A stretch of 64,000 bases of DNA from Eledone cirrhosa (lineage: Eukaryota): contig OZ024740.1 in the NCBI GenBank assembly GCA_964016885.1, forward strand, positions 237,522,001 to 237,586,000, in the 5' to 3' direction. The notes under the pieces were generated by a model. The model was not told the DNA's origin. It ran no database searches and saw only the letters and a list, made by a program, of their open reading frames with translations. The position numbers were made by a program, and so were the translations under genes. Below, piece by piece: positions 38,150-53,710 of the stretch; positions within the stretch are counted from its first letter, which is position 1; each line of letters starts with the position of its first letter.

Positions 38150-38735
38150 TCTATATCTAGCAAGAAAAAACCTTGACATAAAGCCGTTGTGTGGTTTGTG
38201 CCACCATTTCACAGTCAATATTAAGACTAATGCAGGTGGAACATTCCTAGCCCTCCTTGTAAGCTATAAATATCAGCTTATATTCAACTGCCATTCAGTG
38301 AAAATAGGCTACTCTTGTACCAAAAGCATGAAATCCCACATCACCAACAAACGCAAAAGCCTTCCACATTATCGATGTTCATATAGAAGGCCAGAGGCAT
38401 GCCCCCTGATCCAACAGTGCAACACGCCAGCAATGATATATGAAGTAGAAGTGACCTCCACCAACCAGAACCACCAAACAGAAGCCTGGACTTATGCAAG
38501 AATGTCTGAGAGCCGAAAAGGCCTTCAGACATCCTGACAACCCCCCCCCCCCCCCAAAAAAAAAAACCAATCCACATGTGGAACCTCAAAGGTAATGGCA
38601 CAACGTTTTCTATTAAATGGAGGATACTGAGGTGAAATTTTGTCAGCACTGAGAAGTGGAATATACGCCCACAACTGTCTTCAAGGAAACACTGATTAAC
38701 TACACGCCTCAAATGCTTCAATCATTATCCTCACA
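38150..38735 (+). mobile_element. Decayed Penelope (Naiad-type) linker/GIY-YIG fragment
   Basis: IFNCHSVKIGYSC..RCSY..CPL..C..MIYEVEV parallels the ORFs at 4630 and 40500. Confidence 0.7.
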
Positions 38736-38980
38736 AAAAAAAAATTTGTTTTAGACCAGATAAATTTAATCCTTTTTTTTTTTCACTTTTCAACTTTACC
38801 TTTTTATTTACAATATTTAAGGTATTTGTTTACTTATAGGATAATTTCAGGATTACCTGCCTTATACTTTCTAAAGTCTCCATAGATGGAAACCATTTCT
38901 TTTATTATGACAAAGCTGAATGAGCTGGATTAAACAGCCCAATGAACTTTAAGTACCTGTATATGTCACTGTTGTAACTG

Positions 38981-39038
<58 letters not shown>

Positions 39039-39041
<3 letters not shown>

Positions 39042-39331
39042 GGTGAGTAATATTGTAGGACAATAAAACTATGCATATATCAGATAAGTAGCACTCAACA
39101 GTTGGTAGAACTGGAGTATATATAATAAAGAAGAAATTAAAAGATGGTTAAAAGAGTTCCATATATTTTATTATGCGCATTTCGAATACAAAATCCTCCT
39201 TGGACAAAAATTGTGTTCTCATCAGATAAAATAAGGTAACATGATATGAGGCATAATACCACTTGTTTACAGGAAAGTGCTAAGTCTACATAATAAAATA
39301 TATGGAACTCTTTTAATTTCTTCTTTATTAT

Positions 39332-39333
<2 letters not shown>
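39039..39333 (-). mobile_element. Short Penelope-type fold-back cassette (solo pseudo-LTR-like) in (TA)n
   Basis: Inverted repeat 39122-39175 vs 39289-39331 (an 11 nt duplication in the left arm). Contains a hammerhead. agcactcaac..actggagta is shared with ~40235-40258 next to the Penelope ORF at 40500. Confidence 0.75.
39164..39233 (-). ncRNA. Type I hammerhead ribozyme with intact core
   Basis: Minus strand: tattttat-CTGATGA-gaacacaa[19 nt]ttgtattc-GAAA-TGCGCA-TA-ataaaata. Perfect 8 bp stem I, G-C-closed stem II, palindromic stem III ATGCGCAT, AUA triplet. Confidence 0.9.
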
Positions 39334-39394
<61 letters not shown>

Positions 39395-39398
<4 letters not shown>

Positions 39399-39725
39399 CC
39401 CGTCCCACCACCACCACCCCCACCCCATCCACACCACCCCGTTCTATGTAAAGTTATGTTGGTGCCGCGCCATCGAGGCCGAAACAAATGAGATCGTGTA
39501 GGTGTCACGACAAAAAAACACACAGTCCACGCTGTAATGTGGCCGTGTAGGCAACACGGTAAAAACCTCCCAGACCCACACTGTAAATGTGGTTGGTGTT
39601 AGGAAGGGCATCCAACTGTAGAAAACCTGCCAGACAGTCCTATGCGAGCAAGACAATCACTCTTGCCTCAAGTGGGACTACCCCCATCCAAACCCATGCA
39701 AGCGTGGAACACGGACGTTAAACGT

Positions 39726-39762
<37 letters not shown>
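39395..39762 (+). mobile_element. RTE 3' UTR module with (GAT)n tail
   Basis: Near-identical to ~950-1298 (aggaagggcatcca..gtagaaaacc..gacgttaaac(gat)n). Confidence 0.85.
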
Positions 39763-39959
39763 ATATATCATTTCATTTCATTTTACGTCCACTTTTTCCC
39801 TACTTGCAAGGGTGGGATGGGAACTGAATCTGGCTTGATTTCTACAGCTGGATGCCCTTCCTAACACCAACCTCATTTACAGTGAGTGCTGGGTGCTTTT
39901 TTTGCCATGGCGCCTCCACGACCACTTTGCAGTGGAATGATATGGACCCCAGTCCCTAT

Positions 39960-41270
<1,311 letters not shown>

Positions 41271-41274
41271 TTTT

Positions 41275-42545
41275 TAGGGGGCCAACAGTGGAGACGGTGA
41301 CATTGTGTTTTTTAGCAAATGAAAAGAACACTTTGGGGTTGAGTTTGATTTTCTCAATGGCGCACCTCTTTTCAGCTATTCTCTGGTTATTGATGATGGT
41401 CATGCATTGCTGGAGGTTATATTTTTTTTTACTCAAGCAGGGTGATAGCCATTGAATGTGTGTGTTGCTGTTGGCAGTATTTTAGTGTGTTAATTTTTTT
41501 CTTTGTTCTTTTTATTTTTCTGATAATTGTTTTTCTGTTTTGGGAGTAAATTGCTCTTGGTTTTGTTCACAGGTTTTGGTGGGGTGTGTTTTTTACATAT
41601 GTTGTGACAGTGTCTACAAAGATCTGCCAAGATGTTTTGATGTTGGTGGAAGTGTGTGTGTGTGTAAAGGACCAGTCGACATGTGATAGTTCGTTCATAA
41701 TTGCATCCCAGTTGGCATTGTAGAGATCCATGTTATCAAATGGGTGGGCTGGAGAGAGGACCCTGGGATTAGCTTTTGGTTGGTGGAATCTCAGGTTACA
41801 AAGAAGCATGTGATGGTCTGAGAGAAGAGTTTTTTCCACTGTAATATTATGTATAGTGTTAGTGTGGTTACTAAACACTAGATCCAGAATGTTCTTCTGA
41901 TGCCTCGTTGGTGCAAGGACAAGTTGGGACAAGAAAAACTCATTCATAAAGTCAAGAAATGACTCGACAGCCTCTTTGTCAGTGGTTGAGGCTGTGGAGC
42001 CTGGTTTCAAGCTACATGTAGATCTATCGACACAGGGTAGATTAAAGACTCACATCAAAAGTATGTTGCTAGAATGGCACTGTTTAATAAAGCATTTAAT
42101 ACTGTTGAGGCACTCTTTGAAGCAGATTATGGGTGTTTGTGGTGGCCTATAGAGCCCAACTAATGTCAGGTCATTGGCTTTATTGTGTACAGTGACTGAT
42201 TCACAGTATCCATTAGAGAATGTGTTGCCATCTGCCGTAAAGGAATCATGCAGGAAAATGGCAGTTCCACCCTTCCTTCTGCCAACACGATCCACATAGA
42301 TGGTTGTGAAATTTCTCACTCTTACTTCGGCCTCCAAGTGGGAGTTGTCAAAGTGGGTCTCAGTAAGAATGAAGAAGGGGATGTGAAATGGATGGGTACC
42401 AACCCAATCCTCAATGAAATGGATCTTCTATTTCTGTGCATTGATGGATGGGCTGATACCTTGTGTATTGAGTAAGAATGTGGAGGCTAGTGTGGTGGCT
42501 GGTTTTGACTGTTGCAGGGGGCTTGTTTTGTGATTGATTTTGTGA
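41275..42545 (-). mobile_element. CR1/Jockey-group LINE APE fragment
   Basis: DRVGRRKGGTAIF, YRPP, PTRHQKNILDLVF, LSDHH. Confidence 0.75.
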
Positions 42546-42555
42546 GATATATATA

Positions 42556-43079
42556 TCATCATCATCATCATCATCATCGTTTAACGTCCATGTTCCACGC
42601 TTGCATGGGTTTGGACGGGAGTTTTCCCACTTGAGGCAAGAGTGGTTGTCATTGCTCGCATAGGACTGTCTGGCGGGTTTTCTACAGCTGGATGCCCTTC
42701 CTAACACCAACCACATTTACAGTGTGCGGCTGGGAGGTTTTTACCGTGTTGCCTACATGGCCACATTACAGCGTGGACTGTGTGTTTTTTTTTGTCGTGA
42801 CACCTACACGATCTCATTTGTTTCGGCCTGGATGTGGCACCAACATAACTTTACATTGAAAGGGGCGGTGTGGATGGGGTGGGGGAGGTGGGGAAGGGGT
42901 GTATTTTGTTAGAGATGTCTACTGACTGTAGTAGGTTTTACTTTGTATTTAGGTAAGGCGGGTCTTCTCTATTACTGTGTACCGCCAAAGGTCTCGGTCC
43001 AGTGACATTGTCTTGGAGAGGTGTAAGTGTGTGAGGTCGGAATTTATCAGCTCGTCCCAGGTTTTTCTGGGTCTGCCTA

Positions 43080-43081
<2 letters not shown>
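42556..43081 (-). mobile_element. RTE LINE 3' end with (GAT)n tail
   Basis: Reverse complement of ~775-1298. Confidence 0.88.
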
Positions 43082-43137
<56 letters not shown>

Positions 43138-43149
43138 CATTGGTTTTAA

Positions 43150-44720
43150 CACATGGGAAAAAATACTTTTGCTAAATAAAGGTTTTGAATCAGAAAGGCT
43201 AATTGCTCTGTGACACCCATTTCTTCTTGCCATATCCATAATGTTTCATGATCAACACAACCAAAAGCTTTGCTGTAATCCACAAGGCACATGTAGACCT
43301 CCATGAAGTACTCTCTGGGTGTTTCCATTATTCATCTTAGGTTTGTAATTTGCTCTCTGAAACTAACTAATTTTGCAACTCATCAACATCATTATCAACA
43401 TAATCACCATTTAACATCAATTTTTCCACACTAGCATGAGTTAGATGAGTTGTCCCATTGTGAGACATGACAGATCAGATGACTGTGTCTTGCTCATACA
43501 GAACTGATTCTGGTTTTAGTTTCTACAGATGGATGCCCTTCCTAATGCCAACTACATTTAAAGTGTGTAGTGGGTGGTTTTTATCATGACGCCTACATGA
43601 CCACTTTACAAAGTGGACTGGGCACTTTCTTTTATAAAATTTGTTGAAGCCCATTTCGAATCAGTTTCAGAACAATTTTGCTTACATAGGATATGAGGCG
43701 AATTTAAAAATAAAAGAAAGAAATTTACAATTCATTAATATTTGCATATTTAAAAAAAGAAAAGAAAGAGGAAAAAATTAAATGATAAGAAGGGCTATTG
43801 GTGGAAGTGGCCAACTCTAATATGTGGTATAACTCAAGTGTGGCCTATGGTGAAGATGATTTAGGCATTGAAATGAAGAATAACTAACAACACTCATTGC
43901 ATTAGATACTCTACCTCATGGGGTTCCTTCCTCAGATAGGGTACACTTTTCCTGATTTTGTAGAGGAAAATGGCAGATGAAAAGGAAGTCTTGTTATTTA
44001 GCTATTGTCGTCTCCTGTGAGTGATAAGCAGTGGTGCCCAAGTTTGTAGCCAATTTTCTTGTAATTATTGAATTTATGCACATCACCTTCATTTGAAATA
44101 TGAATACATATTTCTTCCAGTCTTTCAATTATCTTCTAGATATTTTATATATAATTTCATGACTTCTTCATCAGCTGCTTTCCACAGTTCAATAGAAATA
44201 CTATCTGAATCTGGTACCTTTTCTCTAACTATTCCAGAAATTCACTAACGTTACTCTGCCTCCATTATATTTTCTTCCTTCTCATATTCCAGGGGTGTCA
44301 ATTCTTTAGAATTCTACTTCTCTTCTGTATAACTATTCTATATATATTCTTTCCATTGTGCTCTAATAGTAACCACTTCCCTTATATCGTTTCCATTTCT
44401 AACCTTTAGAAATATGAATCTAGGGATACACTTCATATAAATTTCTTTTGTATCCTTGAAGTGATTTCTAGTGTTTCATTTCTGTTGATTTTCTGGGTTT
44501 TTTTTTTTTTTGCTATTATCCTTCTTGAAATAATTGTCATTATCTTTTTTTGTTACATGTTGGTATTCACTATCTACTCTTTTGACTTCCTTATTATTTA
44601 CCAAAAGTTGTTCTGCAAATTTTATTATTGTCGTTAAAATCCACTTTTCTCTGCTTTGTTCCTTTTCTCCCGAGAAGCCAATTTCTTGCACCCTCTTGAA
44701 CAATGATTTTCGTTTCTTGC
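43150..44720 (-). mobile_element. Very old RTE-like RT remnants interrupted by other repeats
   Basis: VYMCLVDYSKAFGCVDH at 43146-43328. A degenerate K.PDSD..SIELWK motif near 44170-44220. Confidence 0.45.
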
Positions 44721-44746
44721 AGAAATTCTTCAGGATGTATTACAAT

Positions 44747-44810
<64 letters not shown>

Positions 44811-46720
44811 ATATTTTGGTGGCTCATATTGTTATAATACTGTTGCCAGAAATAATAATAAAACACACTCACTGTTTAGATTGGTTATATATATATATAT
44901 AAATGATGGCTGCCTCCTCGTTGTCAAGTATGGCCATTGCACGAGAAAAAACAAAAGACAATATAACAACAATAACGACAATCTAAACTATAATAAAGGG
45001 AGGAGCGCGGGACTGCGTACGGTTTATAATTTTTTATCCCATTAGTAAAATAAGTTGGATTACTTTGAATAAATAATGAATGAATATTACATAATTTATC
45101 TACTAAATTTCGTGGCTGTTGATTAAATATATTTTGTTTATTTAAAGATTCACTTCTTTAAAATTTCTGAAATATCAACACTTCCAGTTGGCGATCGCTT
45201 AAATAAACATACTAATTTAATTTGCTGTCACTAATTTTTTCCTAATGCAGTTTATATATTATATCGTCTTTTTTAATGTATCATGGATTACGTTACTGAT
45301 TACATAAAACAGTGTAACACAGTCTTCATTCAATTTCTGTGTATATTGTCAATTACGATTTTATTTGATGTATCATATCTACATGTATATATACTTGCAT
45401 ATAATATCAATATACACACTACACATGCTAGCAGAAAACCACCCGCAGGGTGGTTTTTCTGATAGTAACAATAATAATTAAAAAAATTATATATGTATAT
45501 ATATACACACACACACAGACACACATACATACACATACACACATATATATATCTATATATACATATACACATACATATACATACACACACATACATACAC
45601 ATACCCCCCCCCCCCCCACACACACACATACATATACACGCACACAAAATGTCAACTAATGGTGCTGCGATTGAATGTGGCTTTTTACCCAACCAATGAT
45701 CTAAAATGTCTTGTATAGAGTTGGCAACCAAAACATTCACTAGCAATAGCCGGCTGTGGCTGGATTTCATGTACTTATCTACACTCTCTTCCATATGCTT
45801 GACAGGCATGTTGAGTAGCATCTCCAACAGCAGCCTGGTAGTCAACCACTGGTCTCACTTTATGACGATGAAGATGGCTTTTTTTTAGAGTAAAGTGGGG
45901 TAGACTGTAAGGGTCAGAGTGGGAAGTATACTGGTAGGTAGGGGCCGTCCTCATACTCGTTTCATCCTTCTTGCATTGGAGGGAAATTGAATGTTAAATG
46001 AGGATAATGATGATGATGAAGATGAGAATATATCTCTCTCTCTCTATATATATATATATATAGCACTCAGCTGTAGAAACGAGTTGCAATGTCACTGGTA
46101 CCAACTTGTATTGACTTTTGCCTTTCCCTTGGACAACATTGATGGCACAGAGAGAAGAAACTGGTATGCTTGGGTGACAGCTGGTCTTCCACAAAAACAC
46201 CTTGCCTCAGAGAGGAACTTTTTACATACAAAACTAATCCTCATTCATGACTGAAAGGGCCTTTACTCTATATATATTTATAAAAGTTAGAAGCTTCATG
46301 AAATATTCGTTACTAGAGAAAAATAGCTTAAATAACATGGCACATAAGCTTCCTTAATAGAAAAAAAATGGATATTACCTGTTCATTTTTTACATTAAGG
46401 GAGTTTATACACTCTACTATTTAGACTGATTTTCTATAGTCAAAATATTTGATGAAGCATCTAACTTTTTCATAAATTTCAAATTCTGCTCATCATTTCT
46501 AAACACACATTCATATATATATATCATCATCATCATTTTATGTCCGCTTTTCCTTGTTTACAAGGGTGGGATGGGTCCTCTTCAGCATAGCATCTTTCCA
46601 TTCATCTCCTCTGTGAGCTTCAGTGATCTGAGGTCAGCTTTCACCACTTCCACCCATGTTTTTCCTTCCACTGGGATTACTTAGAACCAGTAGTCATCTT
46701 CCATGCACATCACATGACCA

Positions 46721-49700
46721 TGTAGTGCCTGCCCCCTTGGGTCGAGAAGGAGACTGCGCAGTCCGCCGAGAAACGCTTTAGAGCTCTGGTCCATTTAGAG
46801 GATATCGGGGATGGCACTCCATCGGACCTCTTACGTCGGATGAAAGACCTAACAGAGGGGTCGGTAGCGGAAACCGCGATGTTGAAGCAGTTGTTTTTCT
46901 TGCGGCTACCGACCAACGTGCAAGCAATTTTGGCTCCCATTAGGGATACATGTTCTGTGGACCAACTGGCCGCCTCTGCGGACAAGGTTTTTGAGGTCAC
47001 GGATGCTGGAGGCAGCAGGCCCTTGCTGCTGTTTCTACCCCAGCTCAGGCCAAACCTGGCCATGCCACCTGCGTGGCAACTCATGCAGACAGCGCAGCTA
47101 TAATGGCTATGCAAAAAGCTATTCAAGAACTCACCCTGGAGCTAGGGAAGCTGAAGGCCTCTGGTAATGCTCGTTCGCGCTCACGCGGCCGCGGTAGATC
47201 TACCCTTTCAGACACTGCCCCAGGTCACCAGCTTCATCTTTATGCTGGTACCACAAGCTTTTTTCTGAGAATGCGAACCACTGTGTACAGCCTTGTTCTT
47301 TGTGAAGTCAGGAAACGACAGAGAGGTTGGCTGAGGGCGGCAGTTGACCTCAGCGTAAAGCACCCAAACTGCCACTTCTTCATCAAGGACCTCCTGTCTG
47401 GAAGAGCCTTCCTCGTGGATACAGAAGCCTCCTGTAGTATTTGGCCAGTCCCCGTAGAGTCATCCGTTACTCTGCAGGCCGTTAACCACTCGCCTATAAA
47501 GACGTACGGACAAATCTCGCTTCCCCTCAAATTCCCAAATCTTCATATGGATTTTAAATAGATTTTTACGGTTGCTGACTTGCCATACCCAATCTTAGGA
47601 GCGGATTGCCTCCAAAATTTCTCCTTGACTGTGGATGTCCGAGGCCAACGTCTAGTGGATGACATCACTGGTTTCTCAATTCGTGGCCGAAGAGCCGGTG
47701 CTTCAACGGTTAGCCCAATATTCTTCATCACTGCTGCTGGAAACTCCTACCATTCGTTGTTAGAATCGTTCCCGGAGCTCATCGATGGAAATTTTCGAGT
47801 TACCGAGCCAACTCACTCAACCGAACATTTTATTTCCCCAACCGGTGCTCCAGTATTTTCACGTCCACGTCGTTTACTGGCAGACAAGTTAAAGGCAGCA
47901 CGGTCGGAGTTCGACCATATGCTGCAGCCTAGCATTATTTGCCCATCTACGAGTCCTTGGGCTTCCCCAGACTTCTGGCGACTGGAGACCCACTGGGGAT
48001 TATAGGGGATTAAACGTGATGACCGTCCTGGATAGATATCCGATTCCCCACCTCCAGGATTTTGCATCTTCGTTGCAGAGTTGTAAGATTTTCTCCAAAC
48101 TCGATTTAGTACGTGCTTACCACCAAATGCCAGTCAGGAAGGAAGACATTCCGAAAACAGCTATTACGACTCTATTCGGATCCTTTGAGTTTTTGACCAT
48201 GCCCTTTAGACTCAGGAATGGCGCTAGCAGTTTTCAGCGGTTCATAGACGAGGTGAATCATGGTCTGGACTTCGTTTATGCATATATAGATGATTTTCTC
48301 GTCGCTAGTTCCTCTCCAGAAGAGCATATGCGACACCTGAACCTTTTATTTTGCCGACTCCAGGATTACCGCGTTCGAGTGAATCTCGCAAAGTGTATTT
48401 TCGGATCCGTTTCACTGAATTTTTTAGGTCACATCATCGACGCCGAGGGTATTCGACCCCTTCTACAGTGAGTTAAGGCTATACAGGATTTACCTCGGCC
48501 TACCTCATTTCGCCAGTTGCGTCACTTCTTAGGCCTAATCAATTTTTATAGACGTTTCGTGCTTCAATGTGAAAAATTACTGTTTTCCCTTACCGAGATT
48601 TTGAAAGATCGTCGTAAGAAGAATGAGGATATTTCCTTGACACAAGCACAACTCAAAGATTTCCAGACGGCCAAGACAGCACTTGCTAATTCATCTTTGC
48701 TAGCCCACCCAGTACCCGATGCCAAGCTTTTGCTTTGTGTCAATGCATCTGATACCGCTGTGGGAGAAGTTTTACAACAGTATAACGCTGAACACCAACA
48801 ACCTTTGGCATTCTTCTCCAGGAAGCTGAAACCAGCAGAAACTCGTTACAGCACGTTTGGTCGGGAGTTATTAGCCATATATCTGTCGGTGAAACATTTT
48901 TCTCAGAAATTGTACAGTTTTCACTGACCACAAACCTCTGACCTTCGCTTTGAGGGCTAAAGCCGACAGATATTTGCCCAGAGAGACAAGGCACCTCGAT
49001 TACATTTCGCAGTTTACCAATGATATCCAGCATATTTCTGGCTCACTACATACAGCTGCAGATGCCTTGTCACGCTTGCCATTCAACTCGATTTCGTTAT
49101 CCCAGGAGATGGATTTAAGTCGTTTGGAAGCAGATCAACCTGCACTCGAATCGTTGGATACTTCATCAGCCGAATTTGCGACTTGCAGCCTGAAATATCT
49201 GCCCTTGTCGACTACCGACAGACAGATTCTCTGCGATATATTTACGGATTCACAATGACCTATGTTCCCGAGACTTACTGTCGAATTGTGTTCTTTGCTT
49301 TACCCAGTATTTCTCACCCAGGATCTTCAGCCTCAGTAATGCTCATAACGGCTAGATTTTTCTGGCCAAATATGTGGCGCGAAATTATTGCTTGGTACCG
49401 TTCCTGCATACAGTGTCAAAAATCTAAAGTCCACAGACACATCCGGACTCCACTTGGTACTTTCAGTACTCCGGATGCTCGTTTTCGACACATCCACATC
49501 GATATCGTTGGACCTTGGCCATTCAGTAGTGGATATTCTTACCTTTTGACCTGCATTGATCGTTTTTCGCGATGGCCTGAAGCCATCCCCTTAAAGGACA
49601 TTACCGCCGATACAATAGCGCGTGCCCTAGTATCAGGGTAGATTGCACGCTATGGCGTGCCAACTACAATTACTACAGATCGTGTTAGGCAATTCGAATC

Positions 49701-50873
49701 ACATCTTTTCTCAGAGTTAACAAAAATTATTGGCACTCAACGCATTCGGACCACATCTTATCATCCTGCTTCAAACCGAATGGTGGACGTTTTTACCGCC
49801 AATTAAATGCATATCTTCGTGCCTATACGTTGGAGCGAGTACCTTTCTATTGTGTTATTAGAAATTCGGTTTTCAATAAAGGAGGACCTTGGGTTCTCCC
49901 TGGCTGAATTATTGTATGGTGCTCCTCTAGCGTTGCCTGGGCAAATGCTTGCCCCTGTTGATCTTGCTATTCAAGATCCCTTTTCCTACGTATCTCGTTT
50001 GCGCTCGTATTTTCAGGACTTATTGCCTATAGATACCAGGAAACAAACTATTAAAATTGCAGTCCCGAGGGATATTGCCTCGTGGACACATGTCTTTGTC
50101 AGAGAGGACGCTGTTAGACTACCTCTCACACAACCGTATTCTGGACCCTACCGTATGTTAGCACGTGCTGACAAACATTTTACTGTAGACATTAAGGGAT
50201 CCAGAGAGACAATTTCGGTTGACAGACTGAAAAGGGCATACAGAGACGCTCATACACCTGAACCACATATACCTCCCTCTTTCTCTATTGTACATATACC
50301 TGCTCCTTCTGCCTCACCTTCACCTACATACAAGACCTCGACCCATTCCGGTCGAAGAGTCCACTGGCCCAAAAGACTTTGTCAAACAGTTTTCATCTGA
50401 ACTGGCCACCATGGAGCCTTTTTTGTATTGCTTTTCTTTACCTTATTTCTTAACAGTTGAAAGTTTTCTTTAACTATAGAGTTTCTTTTTTATGTATTGT
50501 GTATGCATATACCTTTTTCATACCTTTGCCTTAATCCCATTCTTGCGGGTTCACTACAATTACCTTCGGGTTGTTCGCCTATCGTCTGGAGGAGGGTATT
50601 TTAGTGCCCCCTTAGGTCGAGAAGGAGAGTTAATGAGAGCTACGTCCCATGGAGACTATAAATTGAGAAACTGAAAGTACCCGGTCTTCCAAAGCTAGCC
50701 GTCCAGGAGTTAAGATGTAATTTTGCCTTCTCCCACTTTTCATTTTTCCCACACCATGTGGAGTGAACATATTAAGGGAAACTCTCTCTCAGGCGACTTC
50801 AACTTCGGAACAGAAAACCAATAACACCATGTGGAGACTAACATTTTCTCTCACCTCGTCGCCAATTTTACAA
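46721..50873 (+). mobile_element. Ty3/Gypsy LTR retrotransposon, decayed; 5' LTR reduced to ~33 bp
   Basis: gag (PSDLLRRMK..LP.NVQAIL, CWYH..C..PC), protease FLVDTEAS, RT ([19 protein letters not shown]), RNase H, integrase (HPG..C..C, HIDIVGP, GPY). PPT ggaggagggtat at 50588-50599. 3' LTR from 50600. Confidence 0.9.
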
Positions 50874-51139
50874 CTAATAATTGTTTCTTCTTTAGGCACA
50901 AGGCCAGCAATTACCCAGTGCATTAAACTAATAATACCAATTATACATATTATATTATTTCAAAAGCTATGTCTTATTTCCAAGTTGTAACACTCACTCA
51001 TAACAATAAAGATGAGACAATTATAGACACTCGTGTGAGATATTTCAGCATGTTTCATTTAATTACTTTATTCCTAAATTGATGACCAAATAACGCAAAT
51101 ACTAAATAAAATCGACGAACTTTTATGCTCGTTAAAACC

Positions 51140-52700
51140 ATACCAAAGCAGTCTTCTCTCTTGCACACTACAGTTTATTCCTCTTATACATAGTTTCATT
51201 CTCAACTCGTCCATGCTTGGTCGTTCACGCACATTGACATTGTACATTCATTGGTGCCTGCTTGCTTCATTTCTCTCCAAACTTTGCATATCCTCCACAG
51301 GCATCATACAACCAACCTTTCGTCCATAGAGAGAAACCTTTCATTGTCAACAGAGGAACCAGCTCCCTAAACTTCTTCCATCCTGTCCTTATTCTAGAGA
51401 CTATAGCCTTGGAGCATCCTCCTCCCTTGCTAATTTGAAAACCTAGATATCAGAAGCTATCAACTACCTCTATAGATCCTACCTGCATTTGAAAAATGTG
51501 TCTTATCACTGACACTTCTACTATCAATTTTCCCTGAACATCTACTGCATATGAAGTTTTCCTTTCCTGTTAGTTTGCCTGCTATCCCACTACACCTATT
51601 GTGTACCCAAGATCTGTATTGTGTACATTCTATTGAGTTTATGCCAACTCCTTTTCCACATATCGAGCATGGCCATTTCCCTGATGGAATCAGTCTTGTC
51701 CTTTTTCCTACTTATCAATACTTTAGTTTTAGCTAGGTTCACTCTCAGTCCCCTTGATTCTAATTGCTGTTTTCACAGCCCGAATTTATTCTCTAGCTCC
51801 TCTACTGATTCTGCTATAAGTACCAGATCGTCAGCATAGAGAAGTTCCCATGGGTAGCCAGTCTTAAACTCCTCTGTTATGGCTTGGAGAACTATAATGA
51901 ATAAAAGTGGGCTGAGGACTGAACCCTGATGAACTCATACTTGTATCTGGAATTCCTCACTAAACTCCATTCCTACTCTCACTTTACTGACAGATCTTCT
52001 GTACATAGCTTGCACTGTCCTCACAAGCCATTCCTCTACACTTAGTTTTCTTAAGGGACCACCAGATGACAGATTGGGGTACTCTATCGAAGCCTTCTCT
52101 AGGTCAACAAAAGCAAAATATAGTGGCTTATTCTTCTCTAAGTACCTCTCTTGTAGTTGTCTCACTAAGAAGAGGACATCTGTTGTACTTTTCCCAGGCA
52201 CAAAACCAAACTGCATCTCATCTAATTTGACCCTTTCTCTAATTAGTTGCACTAGTATTCTTTCTGCCACTTTCATAACCTGATCCATCAGTTTTATACC
52301 CCTATAATTGCTCCTCTCCAGAGCATCCCCTTTATCTTTGTAACAATTAACAAGTATACTGCTGCACCAGTCTTTGGGTATGACTCCACCATATATAACT
52401 TGATTGACTATGCATGTAACCAGTTTAGTTCCTACTTCTCCCAATGCCTTCAACATCTCAGCAACTATCCCTGATGGTGCAGCAGCCTTACCACTTTTCA
52501 TTTCCTTAATTGCCTCTTTGACCCTATAGTCGTCAACCTCAAGAGCTGGTCCCTCTGTTGGGTCTATTGGGGGTAGTTTCTCTCTCTCTGATTCATTGCC
52601 TCACATAATGACATTGCCAGGCCTCCTTTTTCCCAAACATCAGTGACGCTAAGTGCACCAGCATCATTTCGGACACATTTATCTCCAACAACATCCTGAT
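51140..52700 (-). mobile_element. RTE LINE RT fragment
   Basis: NYRGIKL, QFGFVPGKSTTD, FVDLEKA, QGSVLSP, LLYADDL. Confidence 0.85.
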
Positions 52701-53710
52701 TTACATGGACACACCGCATTGAAATGCAAAACACCTCACATCTCTGATCCTCTCGTCACTGAGGCACCTCTCTATTTCACCTCTTGCACACAGCACACAT
52801 CCACATGTGTTTTTCTCTAGCATCTCTACTATCCCACCAGATCTACCTCTCAGAGTGTGGCAACTCTGAAATGTGTCATTTTTCGTTGATTTTTCCCTTT
52901 TTTTCTGCAATGAAAAATATGTAAAATTATCATCATCATCATCGTTGGTTGTTGTTGTTGTTGTTGTTGTTGTTCAATTGCTTGATGGCGGTTGGCGGAT
53001 TCTCGCACATGGCCGCACTAGCCACCCCACTACAGTACGTAGCCCTAACATGATTAGTGTTATTACTCTTTATGCAGTTATTGTTATATTTGTATGTTGC
53101 GCTCATAGATTTTAGCATTAATATATTGGTTGGATGCCCTTCCTATTACCAGGATCACTTTACAGCATTGACTGGGTGTTTTTATTCGTGCCACCAGCAC
53201 TAGAGTGGTTGTCTTACTGGACCCAGGGGCCCTCTCCATCCCATACTTTGATAAGGTTTTTAATAGCTGAATGCCACTTCCATTACCTCCATCTTACAGC
53301 CTAGACCGGGTGCTTTTATTCATGCCACCAGTACTAGGGAAGTTGTCTTACTGGACTTAGGGGGCTTCTCCACCTCACACCAAATTATTTGGAGTGGCTG
53401 CTCTCCTAGACGGGGTTGCCTACACTTTGGCTTATGGTGCCTCCACCTGCTCCATGTCTGCTCTGAGTGATCCTGGGCCACTATTCAACTATATTAAAAT
53501 ATTCTTAGTGAGTTTATATTTAGCTGGGGAGGAGAAAGTGATGAAGAGTGGGTTAATATATGAACGAGAAAGTGGCAACATTTTTCTACAACCTTTCCAA
53601 AACCTTACGTACATATATAAACATCTGCATACCAATATAAACATTTACATATAGACACACATACACACACACACACTCACACGCACACATACATATATAT
53701 ATACTCAGAC

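Noticed and set aside
38912-38950. Possible eroded hammerhead (aaag-CTGAATGA-gctg..cagc..cttt)
   Set aside because: The GAAA and stem III half is missing. Its position after a Penelope remnant is suggestive but not enough to call.
45650-45890. Host coding exon (part of ORF 45330-45845)
   Set aside because: The ORF runs into microsatellite. Another frame resembles a decayed LINE C-terminal zinc-finger region.
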